From the IMG/VR virus record IMGVR_UViG_3300034073_003023: a DNA stretch of 64,000 nucleotides; one strand, written 5' to 3'. Source of the stretch: an uncultured virus (IMG/VR IMGVR_UViG_3300034073_003023) (Duplodnaviria > Heunggongvirae > Uroviricota > Caudoviricetes). Shown piece after piece: positions 8,156 to 17,164 of this stretch (positions within the stretch are counted from its first letter, which is position 1; each line of letters opens with the position of its first letter). The position numbers were made by a program, and so were the translations under genes. The notes below the pieces were generated by a model. The model was not told the DNA's origin. It did no database searches and saw only the letters and a program-made list of their open reading frames with translations.

Positions 8156-8487
8156 TCCTTAATCCAAAATCCGTCTGCTGTCATCGTATATCCTGCCTCA
8201 ATCATTTGTGTGTAATTAAGAGGTTGCCCTTCATTGTCAACAACAGGTTGATTTTTAAATTCTACAACAGTTTCTTTCCAAGCAACCTTAAACTTCTCAT
8301 CAAATTCTTGAAGGAAATACTGCAAAAACTCACTGGTTGCATACATCAGTGCTTCTGCTTTATCAAGTTTATGATTCTCAAGGGCATTAATTGCACTATC
8401 CAAAATCTCACGGGCACTACAAACTTTTGTTGTCACCATTTCAAGTTCATTCATTGAGTCCCATACTTTCTTATACTCAACTGTCAT
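8152..8487 (-). CDS. Hypothetical protein (C-terminal YTMTADGFW)
   Basis: ORF track; GGAG RBS; ATGA coupling. Confidence 0.7.
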   Translation of the reverse strand: MTVEYKKVWDSMNELEMVTTKVCSAREILDSAINALENHKLDKAEALMYATSEFLQYFLQEFDEKFKVAWKETVVEFKNQPVVDNEGQPLNYTQMIEAGYTMTADGFWIKE

Positions 8488-8732
8488 TGATTTTCTCCAA
8501 ATAAAATGTCAATACGATGATCTACTGCTTCAATACTATTCTGCAACTCATAGTTGCAGTTTGTCAACTCAATATTTTCTTCTTCTAATCGTTTAATGTC
8601 AACCAAAGCATCCCGATACTTTTCTTCAAGAACTAACACTCGTTTTTGAAGTTCTTCAATCATCATATAAAGATTTGGTTCATAGTTTTCTTTCCCATAC
8701 CGAGAAATCAAATAATCATAAACGTTTTTCAT
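8484..8732 (-). CDS. Coiled-coil hypothetical protein (start revised)
   Basis: ATGA overlap at 8729-8732. Confidence 0.6.
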   Translation of the reverse strand: MKNVYDYLISRYGKENYEPNLYMMIEELQKRVLVLEEKYRDALVDIKRLEEENIELTNCNYELQNSIEAVDHRIDILFGENQ

Positions 8733-9022
8733 TTTGGGACTTTGATTTGTTGAAATGGAATATTCAGGGTATCCGCATAAGATACAGGACAATTTTCAGA
8801 TGACCCGTGGGTGGCAACCCAAGAATTCAGGAGCATTATAGCACAGTTCCTGCGGAAGGCAAATGCTTCTTTTCTTTTATCAAAGGATTCCCAAGATTTT
8901 GGAGGAAGTGCGTGAGCATCCACAAGAAGAGAATACTCTTGTCGATTTACAAATTGAAAATAGTTTTCTTTATTTTCTTCTGTTGGATAATTTACAAGAT
9001 TTTCAATTAGTTCTTGAATCAT
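8729..9022 (-). CDS. Hypothetical protein (start revised)
   Basis: ATGA overlap at 9019-9022. Confidence 0.6.
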   Translation of the reverse strand: MIQELIENLVNYPTEENKENYFQFVNRQEYSLLVDAHALPPKSWESFDKRKEAFAFRRNCAIMLLNSWVATHGSSENCPVSYADTLNIPFQQIKVPK

Positions 9023-9237
9023 TTTAGATTTACACACTCGACTTTTTGAACATAATCACGAGGAACAATATGAGTCCTGATTGCATTAAACACAATAAAA
9101 CAATTCGTAATCAAAATTGAAAGAAACATCAGGAGACGAATGATAGCAATTTTATCTGCTTCCTTATCGTCTTTACCTGATTTCTCTCCAAGGGACTTTG
9201 CGATCAATCTCCAAAGAGTATTATGCTTCTTCTTCAT
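9019..9237 (-). CDS. Small membrane protein (WRLIAKSLGEKSGKDDKEADKIA)
   Basis: One TM helix; GAGG RBS. Confidence 0.65.
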   Translation of the reverse strand: MKKKHNTLWRLIAKSLGEKSGKDDKEADKIAIIRLLMFLSILITNCFIVFNAIRTHIVPRDYVQKVECVNLK

Positions 9238-9493
9238 TTCTTGGTTGTGTTTGACTGATCTTGTATGTTCCTTTTTTGAGTTTGTATCGTTTGATGTAAC
9301 TATCGCAGTGCTCCTGACAAACAAAGTAACACTTCTTGCTTTCCTTATTATCCTTATGTTCTAGAGTAACAGGAAATGCTTCGTGAAATGGAGGAGTTGA
9401 AATTGAAAGATCTTCTTTTACAACTTTAGGTGGACTTACTGTTTTTTTCTTGACAGTTCGTTTCTTGACTGGTGCAGAAGATTTACGTTTCAT
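9221..9493 (-). CDS. Basic hypothetical protein
   Basis: ORF track; ATGA coupling. Confidence 0.65.
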   Translation of the reverse strand: MKRKSSAPVKKRTVKKKTVSPPKVVKEDLSISTPPFHEAFPVTLEHKDNKESKKCYFVCQEHCDSYIKRYKLKKGTYKISQTQPRNEEEA

Positions 9494-9693
9494 TGTTCGG
9501 CAAAGAGTTCCTTGTAGTAAGCATTATACCTCACAAAGGAGGTCACTGACGGTTTTCTGTCCAAAGAGTTACAGGACTCAACATACAAGTTGAAATTATA
9601 CCACGGGGTCGTTTGATCCAGTGCTGGGAACTGACTGTTGCTGATGTAGTTGTTTAAGTGCTTCCAGAACTTCAGGTGTTTCATCCCACTCAT
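9490..9693 (-). CDS. Hypothetical protein
   Basis: ORF track; GGAG RBS. Confidence 0.6.
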   Translation of the reverse strand: MSGMKHLKFWKHLNNYISNSQFPALDQTTPWYNFNLYVESCNSLDRKPSVTSFVRYNAYYKELFAEQ

Positions 9694-9729
9694 AGGTATC
9701 TCCGGATTTTGAAATGTAAGTGCGTTTTG

Positions 9730-9939
9730 TCATAGTTTACCCCCTACTACTGATTTATAAGTGTGTGCGTCATCAAATCCTTCTTGCTTCATTTTTAAGT
9801 AAGCACGAGTTGCATTGATACATTCTTGTTCGGTTAAGGAAGTAATAATACCTTTTCCTTCCTTATCAAAGGAATCCCAAGTTCCCCATTTTTTCTGCTC
9901 TACACGAAAGCAATCATCAATCCATTCAATTTCACTCAT
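9730..9939 (-). CDS. Hypothetical protein (EWIDDCFRVEQ...VGGKL; start revised)
   Basis: ORF track; overlaps upstream stop. Confidence 0.65.
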   Translation of the reverse strand: MSEIEWIDDCFRVEQKKWGTWDSFDKEGKGIITSLTEQECINATRAYLKMKQEGFDDAHTYKSVVGGKL

Positions 9940-10174
9940 TCTTTTTTTGAAATTCCTTTTCAAGTTCTCTAGCAATTTTAGCATACTCCATCCTCATCAT
10001 CAAGTTAGTGATGGGATTTTTTGGATGAAGACGTATCATCCAGTATGCTCTTTCAATGTTAATTTTAATCATCTTAAAAACCAAAGTAAGATATTCGCTT
10101 ACATTTGGATCAAGTATCATCATATATGCTATGACTCCAAATAGTAGGAGTATTATGGAATTAAAAGGAGTCAT
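9932..10174 (-). CDS. Membrane-anchored hypothetical protein
   Basis: N-terminal TM helix. Confidence 0.65.
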   Translation of the reverse strand: MTPFNSIILLLFGVIAYMMILDPNVSEYLTLVFKMIKINIERAYWMIRLHPKNPITNLMMRMEYAKIARELEKEFQKKNE

Positions 10175-10200
10175 AGTTTTGTCCTATTGTATGAGGGTAT

Positions 10201-10566
10201 TTAGTCCTCATCTTCTTCAAGATCTATAAGATCGGATAATCTTTTCATTTGGTCCCAATCCATAGGGACAGTTTTAACTTTTCCAGTGGCAACATCGTGA
10301 GACATTTGTAGCAAACTATCAAGAAAATGTTTAGGGTAGATTTCATCTTCTAAACTATCCCAGAAGTATAGAATACACTGCTCTAATGGATCATCATTCT
10401 TTAGAAGAGCATAACCCTCATAGTTGTTTCCCATTAGGTCTGCCCAGTTTCTGAAAGCATACCAGCAATTATACCATCCCTGAATGAGGCAGGACTGCCA
10501 GATATACTCAAACCAAGTCATTTTGACTTTATCGATTTGTGTTCCTAGAAGTGGTTTTGAGAACAT
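10201..10566 (-). CDS. Hypothetical protein
   Basis: ORF track. Confidence 0.65.
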   Translation of the reverse strand: MFSKPLLGTQIDKVKMTWFEYIWQSCLIQGWYNCWYAFRNWADLMGNNYEGYALLKNDDPLEQCILYFWDSLEDEIYPKHFLDSLLQMSHDVATGKVKTVPMDWDQMKRLSDLIDLEEDED

Positions 10567-10568
10567 TG

Positions 10569-10727
10569 TTATAAGGGATTGTCATCAAGGTCTTTCAAGT
10601 ATTCTACCCACCACTGGGGATCTTTGTCAACCCACCAGTCAGGTTCCGGTAACCCTCTTTCAAAGTACCAATCACGAATGGCACCTTTAATGGTTTCACC
10701 AATCTCGATCTGCTTCTTCCTTTGCAT
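10569..10727 (-). CDS. Hypothetical protein (start uncertain)
   Basis: ORF track; Trp-rich C-terminus. Confidence 0.55.
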   Translation of the reverse strand: MQRKKQIEIGETIKGAIRDWYFERGLPEPDWWVDKDPQWWVEYLKDLDDNPL

Positions 10728-10896
10728 CAATGTCTTCATATACGTCTGCCATATAGGGTCCGTGGGGTCGTTTTGCATCTTCTTTTACATATTTAACTTC
10801 AGAAGCACTTGAGGACAACCATAATGATATTTTAGTTATAATAAAAATAATTGCAAGGGGAAGGAAACATAAAGAAACTAATATTGGGTATTTCAT
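10696..10896 (-). CDS. Small membrane protein
   Basis: N-terminal TM helix. Confidence 0.6.
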   Translation of the reverse strand: MKYPILVSLCFLPLAIIFIITKISLWLSSSASEVKYVKEDAKRPHGPYMADVYEDIDAKEEADRDW

Positions 10897-11217
10897 TTAG
10901 TCACGTTGCCTCCAATCCTCTGGTCTATCTTGAGTAAAGAAATCAACAATATCATCTACACTTTCAAATCTACGAATCCCTTTTCCTTCGTGCCCTACAC
11001 CACCAATATCAAGAGCATTTAGAAATCCATCCATAGTATCTTGTGTCATATCAGGATTTTCTGCTTTTCTTCGTGCCTGTCGAAGCATTGTAGCAGCAGA
11101 ACGATTTGCTTTTGCAAGTTTTTCTGCCCATATCATCTCTTCAAGTTCAACAGATTCTCTGTCGATAATTTTTTTACAAATACCTTCAAGTTTGAGTCGA
11201 TACTGTGTTGATAGCAT
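10897..11217 (-). CDS. Cyanophage-type hypothetical protein (MLSTQYRLKLE)
   Basis: ORF track; late promoter ATAAATA at 11280-11286. Confidence 0.75.
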   Translation of the reverse strand: MLSTQYRLKLEGICKKIIDRESVELEEMIWAEKLAKANRSAATMLRQARRKAENPDMTQDTMDGFLNALDIGGVGHEGKGIRRFESVDDIVDFFTQDRPEDWRQRD

Positions 11218-11282
11218 AATTTTAATTCTTTTGAATGATAATGGAACAGAAAGGAACTATCGTTCCCGAAGATTAATGTTAT

Positions 11283-11477
11283 TTATTTAACAATTTTCCA
11301 GTGCTCATTACCTCCTTTTTGAAGATGAAACTCATACATTCCATTTAGAGATAGTAGATGATAAAGTTTCTCGTCTTCCTCAAGAATTAAACACGAATGA
11401 AAGTTATCCATAAGGTCATCAAATCGATGTTTTGCTTGAGGAGTTAGAGGAACTACATTCACAAATTTCTTTTTCAT
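11283..11477 (-). CDS. Hypothetical protein
   Basis: ORF track. Confidence 0.6.
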   Translation of the reverse strand: MKKKFVNVVPLTPQAKHRFDDLMDNFHSCLILEEDEKLYHLLSLNGMYEFHLQKGGNEHWKIVK

Positions 11478-11523
11478 TTTAGAGTTTAGTTGATGGGATC
11501 ATCCTAGCAGGTTTTAAGTCTTA

Positions 11524-11706
11524 TCACACGAACACTGTTCCACTTTGAGAAGTGGTCTCTCGGTGATCTTGAATGAACTTCTGTGCCTGACGAACAGTGT
11601 TCGTTTCTCCAATCTGACTTCCATTAAAGATAATGACAAGTTTCTTTCCCCAAGGCACAGCAGCATAATTATCCTGGGTTATAAATCCCTCTGTTTTATT
11701 AGGCAT
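11524..11706 (-). CDS. Hypothetical protein
   Basis: ORF track; sigma70 promoter upstream. Confidence 0.6.
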   Translation of the reverse strand: MPNKTEGFITQDNYAAVPWGKKLVIIFNGSQIGETNTVRQAQKFIQDHRETTSQSGTVFV

Positions 11707-11733
11707 AATATGATCTTCAACGGGAACAAACCT

Positions 11734-11763
11734 ATTCTAATCATATTCTAGGGGTATTGTCAA
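11734..11763 (-). promoter_or_regulatory. Sigma70-like promoter TTGACA-18bp-TAGAAT at the module boundary
   Basis: Direct consensus match. Confidence 0.65.
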
Positions 11764-11784
11764 GAGTTATTTTTTATGTTAGGA

Positions 11785-12141
11785 TCAATATAGTTTGATT
11801 TCCTTATATTCTGAATTAAACTTCTCGTTAATATCTTTTTTTATTCTTGCTCTCTCATCATTAGTAATATAAACACTACGAGCAAGTTCTATAAACTCTT
11901 GATCGAATCTTTGTTCTTTTTCTAAAAGTCTTAATTTGTCTTCAATCTCCCATAATTTTTCATTTACATCAAGTAAATTTTGCAAATCATCATAATTAAA
12001 AACATTATGATTAGTTGCGATTTCTATTAAATGATTTAGTTCCTTACGAACGTATTCATTATCAGTATACTTTGATTTAATTTGGAGAATTGATATCTTA
12101 TCAATCAATTCTCCAACAGATACTGGAATATCTACTCTCAT
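11785..12141 (-). CDS. DUF6165-like protein
   Basis: PVSVGELIDKISILQIK...LWEIEDKLR...FIELARSVYITNDERA signature. Confidence 0.8.
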   Translation of the reverse strand: MRVDIPVSVGELIDKISILQIKSKYTDNEYVRKELNHLIEIATNHNVFNYDDLQNLLDVNEKLWEIEDKLRLLEKEQRFDQEFIELARSVYITNDERARIKKDINEKFNSEYKEIKLY

Positions 12142-14285
12142 TTGGGGCAGTTATTTTGAATATGACTTAGAATTACTGCATTCTTACAAGCAACACCTAG
12201 ACCAAATGAATGCTCTATGTTAAACTTTGGAAGATCTAATTCTTCAAAGAATTTCTTCACTCCATATTCTTTACCATCATAGTTTTCAATTGCGGTGTCG
12301 TGGAACAGTATAACTGCCTCATCACTTAGAAACTCACTCCAAGTTTCAAAGTCTTTCTTTACATCTTCATAGTGATGACTTCCATCAATGTGAAGTATAT
12401 CAATTTTATTATCCCAAGTCTTTGCTATTTCATTAAAATCACCTTTAATAAAAGTGATATTGTCTTGAAGATGTAGTTTTTCACGTTTCATCATCACATA
12501 TTCATATTTACCTGGAGAATCATTTCCTACAAAGTCATCACCGACAAAATTATCAATACCGTAAACATGACCAATTCTTGGAAGGGCAAAACAGAAAGTG
12601 GAAAATCCATAATCAACTCCTAGGTCAACCACAACTTTTGGATTCATAAATCTCACCAACCACTCAGCAAAATTGCGATGTCCAAACCAAGCTGTTGTTG
12701 GAGTATCATCAATATTATTTAAGAAAAGTCTATCAATAGAATCAGTTCTTTCTTTGAGTCTTAGAGTTCCTGAATTAAATGCTGTGGCAAAGATAATAAT
12801 ATTCGGATTTCTTACAAGTTTTCCAATTTCAAGCAGATGAGTAAATGCTTTACCCATAGCATCACCACCCATATTCATTGCTTCACTGACGGCATGGAAA
12901 GCATAATTTGATGCTTGCTGAATATTTCTTAGTTGAATTAAAGCAATGCTACTCATAATGAATACATCAATTCTTGAAGAATCGAAGTATGCTTTAGAAA
13001 TATTGAGATACTCTTGGCCAAGTTCTAATGCTTTTTCAAAGTTCTTGACTTCAAAATAATGTTTGAAAATGAACCACAGATAGTAAGTATTGTTTGGATC
13101 ATTCTTATATTCTCTTTCGCAAATGGAAAGATAGAATAGTTGCTTATCAATATTTGGTTGAACAGTCTTTGTGATTTTAATAGTTGTATCAACAGTAGAC
13201 TCATTTAGATGATCTTGTGTAGGAATAAACAGTGGAGTTTCGTGAACTGAATTTATCCAGGTATAATTTTTAGTTCTATGAAAACGGACATGCGCTGTAT
13301 TGGATAGAGTTGGTTCATTTTCACCAACCTTATCATAACGTTCATGATTAAATGCAGTGAATTCACCAGAGATTACATCGAGACCATCTGGGAAAAACTC
13401 TTCAACATCCTCATTGAAATCGAGTGAAAATGCCCAATCAGTTTTTACATAAGATAGTGCTTGATTTCTTGCCTTAGAGAAATCAAATTCTTCTCTTGTC
13501 TGTGGATGTTCGTAGACTTCAATTCCTGCTTCTTTGAGAAGTTCTACTGTTTTATCTGTGCTTCCAGTATCAACTACAACAGTGTGAGAAAATTTCTTTG
13601 AGTTTTCAATAAATTTTTCAACATTCTTTTCTTCATTTTTAGCAATAGCATAAAGCGTCAAATCCATGTTAGTCAGTCCTCCAGGTTTAATATGAAACCA
13701 AACTTTTCCAATATTGTCTGGTCGATTATGATAATTTGTAATAAGTAAATTTTTACCTTGAAAGTATTTATTCACTGCTTGAATGACACCATCCCAGCAA
13801 GGAACATAATCATCTCCACTGATAATTCCCCCTTGCTTTACTTTTGGATACCATGCAATAATATCTTCAAGAACACTCTCATAATCATGAGAAGCATCTA
13901 TATGAACAAAGTCTAAACTATTATCTTCAAACTGTTTTGCTGCTTCTATACTTTTTAGTCTTAATGGTATAACATAGTCTGATACTTCACATAATTGAAT
14001 ATTATTTTTGAAATCATCAAACAAAGTTTTACCTTGTAGACTTAATTCTTCTATATGATCTTTATGTTCATCACTTCCTTCCCAAGTATCTACAGCATAA
14101 AATTTTACTGTTTTATTTGAGTTCTTGATGATGGAACCCATACACGAAGTAGATCTACCTCTCCATGATCCTACTTCTACCAATGTTCCGTTGTCTGGAA
14201 CTTTATCAAACCAAAATTTATAAACATCTGGGTAATCAAAAAACCCAGGAATTTCTTTCCAAGTGGTCATAGATACTGTTTCCAA
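12138..14285 (-). CDS. Fusion protein: class I methyltransferase (Methyltransf_24) - GT2-like glycosyltransferase - TPR - Methyltransf_24
   Basis: VEVGSWRGRS/HIDASHDY; AIAKNEE...VVDTGSTD...FSKARNQAL; helical TPR-like segment; VDLGVDYGFS/HIDGSHHY. Confidence 0.8.
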   Translation of the reverse strand: METVSMTTWKEIPGFFDYPDVYKFWFDKVPDNGTLVEVGSWRGRSTSCMGSIIKNSNKTVKFYAVDTWEGSDEHKDHIEELSLQGKTLFDDFKNNIQLCEVSDYVIPLRLKSIEAAKQFEDNSLDFVHIDASHDYESVLEDIIAWYPKVKQGGIISGDDYVPCWDGVIQAVNKYFQGKNLLITNYHNRPDNIGKVWFHIKPGGLTNMDLTLYAIAKNEEKNVEKFIENSKKFSHTVVVDTGSTDKTVELLKEAGIEVYEHPQTREEFDFSKARNQALSYVKTDWAFSLDFNEDVEEFFPDGLDVISGEFTAFNHERYDKVGENEPTLSNTAHVRFHRTKNYTWINSVHETPLFIPTQDHLNESTVDTTIKITKTVQPNIDKQLFYLSICEREYKNDPNNTYYLWFIFKHYFEVKNFEKALELGQEYLNISKAYFDSSRIDVFIMSSIALIQLRNIQQASNYAFHAVSEAMNMGGDAMGKAFTHLLEIGKLVRNPNIIIFATAFNSGTLRLKERTDSIDRLFLNNIDDTPTTAWFGHRNFAEWLVRFMNPKVVVDLGVDYGFSTFCFALPRIGHVYGIDNFVGDDFVGNDSPGKYEYVMMKREKLHLQDNITFIKGDFNEIAKTWDNKIDILHIDGSHHYEDVKKDFETWSEFLSDEAVILFHDTAIENYDGKEYGVKKFFEELDLPKFNIEHSFGLGVACKNAVILSHIQNNCPK

Positions 14286-14965
14286 TCAATACAAGGTGAT
14301 AATAAATCTGCTTGACAATGTGTAGAATAACCAGGAATTGCTGATATTAGAACTTTACCTCTTTGTGATAATTCCAAAAACTTATAATGATCTGCTGATG
14401 GTTCAACTCCTGTAGAGTATTTAATGTGATACTCAAGATCATTTATAAGAGTTGAATATTTTGTAGCAAATGTATTGGTGGTGGAAGGTGTTGCCATCCA
14501 ATGAGAAGATTCAGTATGCAAAACTTTTGTTCTGAACTCTGCATAATACTCACCATACTTGTCTCTGTGGTCGTATAAGGTCGCATAAGAGACTGGAAGG
14601 GTAAATCCCTCGATTAAGATCTTATCCCACCCTGGACGGTGTACATAGTCATCCTCAAGAAAATAGATAATATCTTCGGAAGAATGATTTTGGGTTTGAA
14701 TGTAATCTAGAGTCTTAAGAAAACTCTTTGCTTCTCCTCCACAATTTATAGTATAAACATTAGTTTCTTGAGACAAGAAAGTGTCTTCTATTTTTCCGTA
14801 ATGTTCGTCGTAAATAATTGTATAGGATGTATTTTCTGAATTTAATGTATTCTTAAAATTCTGAAATACTTTTTCTTTATCCCACCAATCTGGCCTTTGT
14901 TTTCCTGGTGCCTCTTGTATTTTAGAATAATAACATTGTCTTAAATAAACATGAATTTTTTTCAT
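14267..14965 (-). CDS. GT-A fold glycosyltransferase-like protein
   Basis: IIYFLEDDYVH motif. Confidence 0.65.
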   Translation of the reverse strand: MKKIHVYLRQCYYSKIQEAPGKQRPDWWDKEKVFQNFKNTLNSENTSYTIIYDEHYGKIEDTFLSQETNVYTINCGGEAKSFLKTLDYIQTQNHSSEDIIYFLEDDYVHRPGWDKILIEGFTLPVSYATLYDHRDKYGEYYAEFRTKVLHTESSHWMATPSTTNTFATKYSTLINDLEYHIKYSTGVEPSADHYKFLELSQRGKVLISAIPGYSTHCQADLLSPCIDWKQYL

Positions 14966-15570
14966 ACTAGATTGCCTGAGATAGAAATTCTATAATCATC
15001 ACTTGTCGTGAATGGATAAACACAATGAGATAAGTGTGCTGGGAATAATACTATTCTTCTTTCCCAGTCATGATCAACATATAATGTTTCAAGAGTTAGA
15101 TTACCCAGAATGTTTGGATAGAGAAACTGGAATGCTGATGCTGCTTTATTTTTTGATTCTTTTACGTGTGGTGCATTTAATTCATCTTGTACTTTATACG
15201 GAACCTTTAACCAACAAACGAAACTAAATGTTCCTCCGTGATGATGAATTGGATTAAATTCATTTTTCTTCTGAAAATTAACCCAAACATTGCCTTGTTC
15301 AAAATGAAAATCTCCATGCTTTCTTAAAAAATTCCAATGCTCTCCATAAGACTTACACATTTCACTCATGAAAGGTTCAAGATATGGAAGAGATTTTGGA
15401 AGTCCGTATTGCATTTCTATATTTCCTGCGAGACCATCATTCCACTTTTGATGATTGCTCCAATCAGATTGAATTTCTTCAACCTCACTCATAACTATTT
15501 CATATAGTTCGTCTGGAAGAATTCCTGTAGTAACTCCAGGATTTGGTAATGAAATGTGTGTAAAATTCAT
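14962..15570 (-). CDS. 2OG-Fe(II) oxygenase (TIGR02466-like); start revised to MNFTHI
   Basis: WVNFQ...NPIHHH, FPAHLSHCVYPF, RISISGN; ATGA overlap. Confidence 0.8.
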   Translation of the reverse strand: MNFTHISLPNPGVTTGILPDELYEIVMSEVEEIQSDWSNHQKWNDGLAGNIEMQYGLPKSLPYLEPFMSEMCKSYGEHWNFLRKHGDFHFEQGNVWVNFQKKNEFNPIHHHGGTFSFVCWLKVPYKVQDELNAPHVKESKNKAASAFQFLYPNILGNLTLETLYVDHDWERRIVLFPAHLSHCVYPFTTSDDYRISISGNLV

Positions 15571-16358
15571 AGTTTTAATAAATCGTATTTGTTCCACCAG
15601 GATTTCCAATCAATAAAAAAGTCTTTGTCCCATTCTGTTTGCATATGAAGAGTTAAAGAAGGAATGGGGGTAAAACAATAGTAACCTCTTTCATAATAGA
15701 TTCTACAAATACTCTCCATTTCCATTTTTTCACTTACTTCACTAGTTCCCATTTTGTAAAACAAGTCCCAGTTTTGATTAATAATACTTATATGAGTCAT
15801 CAAAGTAACTGCTGGATGAATATTAGTTCTCCAATACCTATCTTTTCCCACAACAATATTACATTTAACAGCAGTATTTTCTGGATCGTGATATTCAGCA
15901 GGTTTATTGAAAGGAAAAATACTAGCAGGCATTCCTAAATTGCAACTAAACTGATTAATTGCATGTATCATTAACTCGATAGAATTTTGTTCATGTAAAA
16001 AATCATCTTGAACAAAATAAACCCAATCCTTTCCATGCTCTTTTCCATACTTATAACATTGAAGTATGGATGGCATTATTCCATAGGTTTCAAGATGTGT
16101 TAGATTAATCTTGAACTTTGCAATATTAATCATTCGCTGAAGAATATTTAAAAATTCTTGACTTGAATGATCATCAAAAATTTGCAATTCTATTTCATAA
16201 TCTGGATAATTTTTTTGAGCATAATTAAGACTATCAATTAAAGAAAATATACATCTTGAAGATACTTCTATTTTTGGAGCATTACAATATCTTTGATGTC
16301 TATCATCACGGTTTCCTTTTGAATGAGACTGAAGAACTACTAACAAATGAGGTTTCAT
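15567..16358 (-). CDS. GT-A fold glycosyltransferase-like protein
   Basis: IFDDHSS and VYFVQDDFLH motifs. Confidence 0.65.
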   Translation of the reverse strand: MKPHLLVVLQSHSKGNRDDRHQRYCNAPKIEVSSRCIFSLIDSLNYAQKNYPDYEIELQIFDDHSSQEFLNILQRMINIAKFKINLTHLETYGIMPSILQCYKYGKEHGKDWVYFVQDDFLHEQNSIELMIHAINQFSCNLGMPASIFPFNKPAEYHDPENTAVKCNIVVGKDRYWRTNIHPAVTLMTHISIINQNWDLFYKMGTSEVSEKMEMESICRIYYERGYYCFTPIPSLTLHMQTEWDKDFFIDWKSWWNKYDLLKL

Positions 16359-17137
16359 AAATCAAATTTAGAATAAAGTTTTACATTTTCTTCTCCTATT
16401 ACATCAATAGGATTTTGTGAAATTTTAGATAGTTTTGGACGAATATCGTGAAGACCTTTTAATCCCCAAGCATCATCTTTTTGCTCTCCACAAGCATTTT
16501 CTATTTGATTAAAATTATTACTTTCTGGACTAATTTCTAAAAATTCATAAATCTTATTTAATTCTTCTTGGGGATTAGAAACAAGTTGATTGTATTCAAC
16601 TAGATAAACCCATTCTGGATATTTTGTGAGACCATAAACCATAGACTCATAAGAGGGAGAAACATAATATCTCCAAATACATTCTGCTCGATTATTATTT
16701 GTAATTGGAAGATTCTTTTTTCTCAAGTGATTATCAATAAAATTATTTTCGTGATTGGTTCTTTCTATCAGTGAAATATAAGAAGTAATAACTTCTGGAA
16801 TAGAACGATAAGTTGCTACAATTTTTGGTTTATTAGAAAGAAACATCTGAACTGTATCAAGGTTCTTTCCCCAAAATCTATGCTTGTCTAGTATTGTTGA
16901 TTTTGGAATATGATTATAAAAATTAGCAAGGACTGCCTTATAGACATTATATGAGATTGTTTTTCGATCAAAAGTAAATTGTATATCTACTTTATTAAAT
17001 GACTTTTCAATATCAGTTACTATGTCACCTAGAGGAGAAGTAGGTGAAACATAAATGTCTGAATGTTGATTCAGAAGTGATCCAAGTAATGTAGAACCAC
17101 TTCTTGGAAGTCCTCCAAGAAAATATAATGTCTTCAT
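16355..17137 (-). CDS. Sulfotransferase family protein
   Basis: PAPS-binding loop GLPRSGSTLL; 3'-PB-like YRSIPEVITSY; VEYNQLVSNP. Confidence 0.85.
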   Translation of the reverse strand: MKTLYFLGGLPRSGSTLLGSLLNQHSDIYVSPTSPLGDIVTDIEKSFNKVDIQFTFDRKTISYNVYKAVLANFYNHIPKSTILDKHRFWGKNLDTVQMFLSNKPKIVATYRSIPEVITSYISLIERTNHENNFIDNHLRKKNLPITNNNRAECIWRYYVSPSYESMVYGLTKYPEWVYLVEYNQLVSNPQEELNKIYEFLEISPESNNFNQIENACGEQKDDAWGLKGLHDIRPKLSKISQNPIDVIGEENVKLYSKFDL

Positions 17138-17164
17138 AAAATTATTTGATTTGTTTATTATATA

